Part shown: positions 63,271-64,000 of the stretch, in pieces | Layout of the letters: every line of letters starts with the position of its first letter | How positions within the stretch are numbered: the stretch's first letter is position 1 | Assembly: GCA_002269645.1 (NCBI GenBank) | Contig: NIVC01000568.1 | Span: forward strand, 186,001-250,000 | From: Macrostomum lignano | Taxonomy: Eukaryota | Length of the DNA: 64,000 nucleotides | Reading direction: 5' to 3' | Program-made: the position numbers and the translations under genes | Notes under the pieces: generated by a model | Seen by the model: only the letters and a program-made list of their open reading frames with translations | The model's database searches: none | What the model was told of the DNA's origin: nothing

Positions 63271-64000
63271 AAGAAAGGGCGAAAAACATGAACATGTACA
63301 TGTAGAATTCTTGGCTTTCTCCCCCCTTAACATACAATCCATGGCGACGACCCTACATATAAACTTTTCAATCTGAGAAATTTTCTTATGAGTATAATCC
63401 CCCCCCCAAGAGATCTACTAGATCCACAACTCTAGTCGATCACTACGTCAGGCAAATTGAAGAAGAGTATCTTAAGAATACGCTGGCTATATACACTCGA
63501 TATCGCTAGCTTTTTGGCGAAGCTTTCAGTGCTTAAACTTTAGATAAAGAACCACTGCTCCGAAGGACGCTTAGCATTCCTTTAAGCAGTTTTGTACGGA
63601 TTTTGTGTGCGGGAATGAGCCATTTATATAGCAACATGCTGAGAGTTATTCGTTCTTTTGTACACTGGAAGTACTGGCCGCCCACCTCCTGCTATATCAC
63701 CTGAGGGAGTGCAATGGCATAAGTAGCTGGAATTAAAAACTGAAATACAGAAAGGCATCAAAATTATCGCGGTTAATAAAGCTTCGGAAGATATGGTAAG
63801 TTCCTATAGACTTCAATCCATCAAACACTTATACTTATTTTATGTTAAACCTATTGTGTACATAGTCTTTTTTCATCTACCTATTCAAGTACTCGTAGCT
63901 AAATGCATGACGGGACTTTTACTCTGCACACGGAGCCATTTGACTGACAATGAACCTTCCAAGCGTCTCATCTTTCACAAGTAGCTAGATTTTGTTCTCA

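Overview
Eukaryotic, intron-rich animal DNA. GC/Ala-rich exons and introns packed with minisatellites suggest a flatworm such as Macrostomum (inference, not verified). Six multi-exon genes could be rebuilt by hand with GT-AG boundaries and consistent phases: phospholipase D (+, 5'-truncated by the window, one apparent 1-bp frameshift), a membrane-anchored WS/DGAT-like protein (+), spermine synthase (-), a divergent P2X receptor (+), RPL26 (-) and USO1/p115 (-). There is also a weak orphan gene near 61-62 kb. Mobile DNA: a decayed 3.75-kb Chapaev/Transib (RAG1-like) transposon with ~550-bp TIRs, a ~1-kb P-element-like MITE with 8-bp TSD, two hAT-type MITEs, three copies of a tRNA-derived SINE and an RTE-like LINE remnant. 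More than 25 different micro/minisatellite arrays explain most of the long ORFs in the supplied track, which are not genes. There is no CRISPR or prokaryotic system. Best leads: a P2X whose ATP-binding NFR motif is replaced by VVE, a WS/DGAT lacking its catalytic His, a perfect 53-bp palindrome built from MITE ends, and the pattern of intron inflation by minisatellites.
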